64,000 nucleotides of DNA. Source: Blastocatellia bacterium (GTDB taxonomy: Bacteria > Acidobacteriota > Blastocatellia > UBA7656). The stretch spans positions 115,300-179,299 of the forward strand of contig DASUNP010000004.1 in assembly GCA_036277095.1 (NCBI GenBank), read 5' to 3'. The notes under the pieces were generated by a model. That model had not been told where the DNA came from and searched no databases. It saw only the letters and a program-made list of their open reading frames with translations. Made by a program: the position numbers and the translations under genes. Positions 63,993 to 64,000 of the stretch are shown piece after piece. Position 1 is the stretch's first letter; every line of letters starts with the position of its first letter.

Positions 63993-64000
63993 AAGGCCCC

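Noticed and set aside
1-64000. CRISPR arrays, transposases, integrases, prophage genes
   Set aside because: No regularly spaced direct repeats with unique spacers. No DDE/serine/tyrosine recombinase motifs. No phage structural gene signatures. The tRNA-Pro gene at 13434-13507 is not flanked by an integrase.

Overview
This 64 kb window is bacterial chromosomal DNA, GC roughly 55-62%, densely coding on both strands. Two paralogous proteins carrying a C-terminal VWA-like module (recalled as the 'VWFA-related Acidobacterial domain'; not verifiable here) point to Acidobacteria. That assignment is inference.

Most of the window is recognisable housekeeping:
- galU; pdxS-pdxT (PLP synthase) with an upstream MocR-family regulator, an aminotransferase and a PhzF-like gene; truA; a DedA protein.
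- surE-pcm; tRNA-Pro(GGG); a MerR regulator; an IHF/HU-like protein; a Ppx/GppA phosphatase.
- lysC and hom; a PduO-type adenosyltransferase; accD-folC; a NUDIX hydrolase; plsC; a CPBP protease.
- a GT39-like membrane glycosyltransferase; an MsbA-like ABC exporter; yicC-gmk-rpoZ-coaBC; cdaA-cdaR-glmM.
- a PspA/IM30-like protein; two sensor histidine kinases; an NtrC-type sigma-54 activator.
- rnhA; sppA; a glycerate kinase; ssb; a DUF151 nuclease.
- a beta-oxidation-like cluster with an acyl-CoA dehydrogenase, two SCP-x-type thiolases, a fused double DUF35 protein and an LLM oxidoreductase.

The strongest candidate for a new system is a roughly 2.7 kb lower-GC cassette at 1470-4136. It sits between galU and a GNAT gene and encodes a radical SAM/SPASM enzyme, a TIR-domain protein with an uncharacterised C-terminal domain of about 200 aa, and a small 138-aa protein. 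A 19-codon ORF lies just upstream.

Other signals worth a second look:
- a 1016-aa SbcC/Rad50-like ATPase with no SbcD partner, whose stop lies 3 nt before the start of a histidine kinase;
- two sigma-54 promoter consensus sites (TGGCAC-N5-TTGC) in one 640-bp intergenic region, upstream of a small membrane-peptide ORF and a secreted hypothetical protein;
- a family of intergenic hairpins built from mirrored short tandem repeats, 6-8 nt units (ATTTTGG, TCAGAA-like, GAGTGCT, CGCAGAGA), including a 27-bp perfect inverted repeat;
- two secreted proteins sharing a Gly-zipper module;
- a 780-bp AT-richer gap with no coding signal upstream of cdaA.

No CRISPR array, transposase, integrase or prophage signature was seen. 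Coordinates I derived myself (tRNA, repeats, revised starts) may be off by 1-2 nt.
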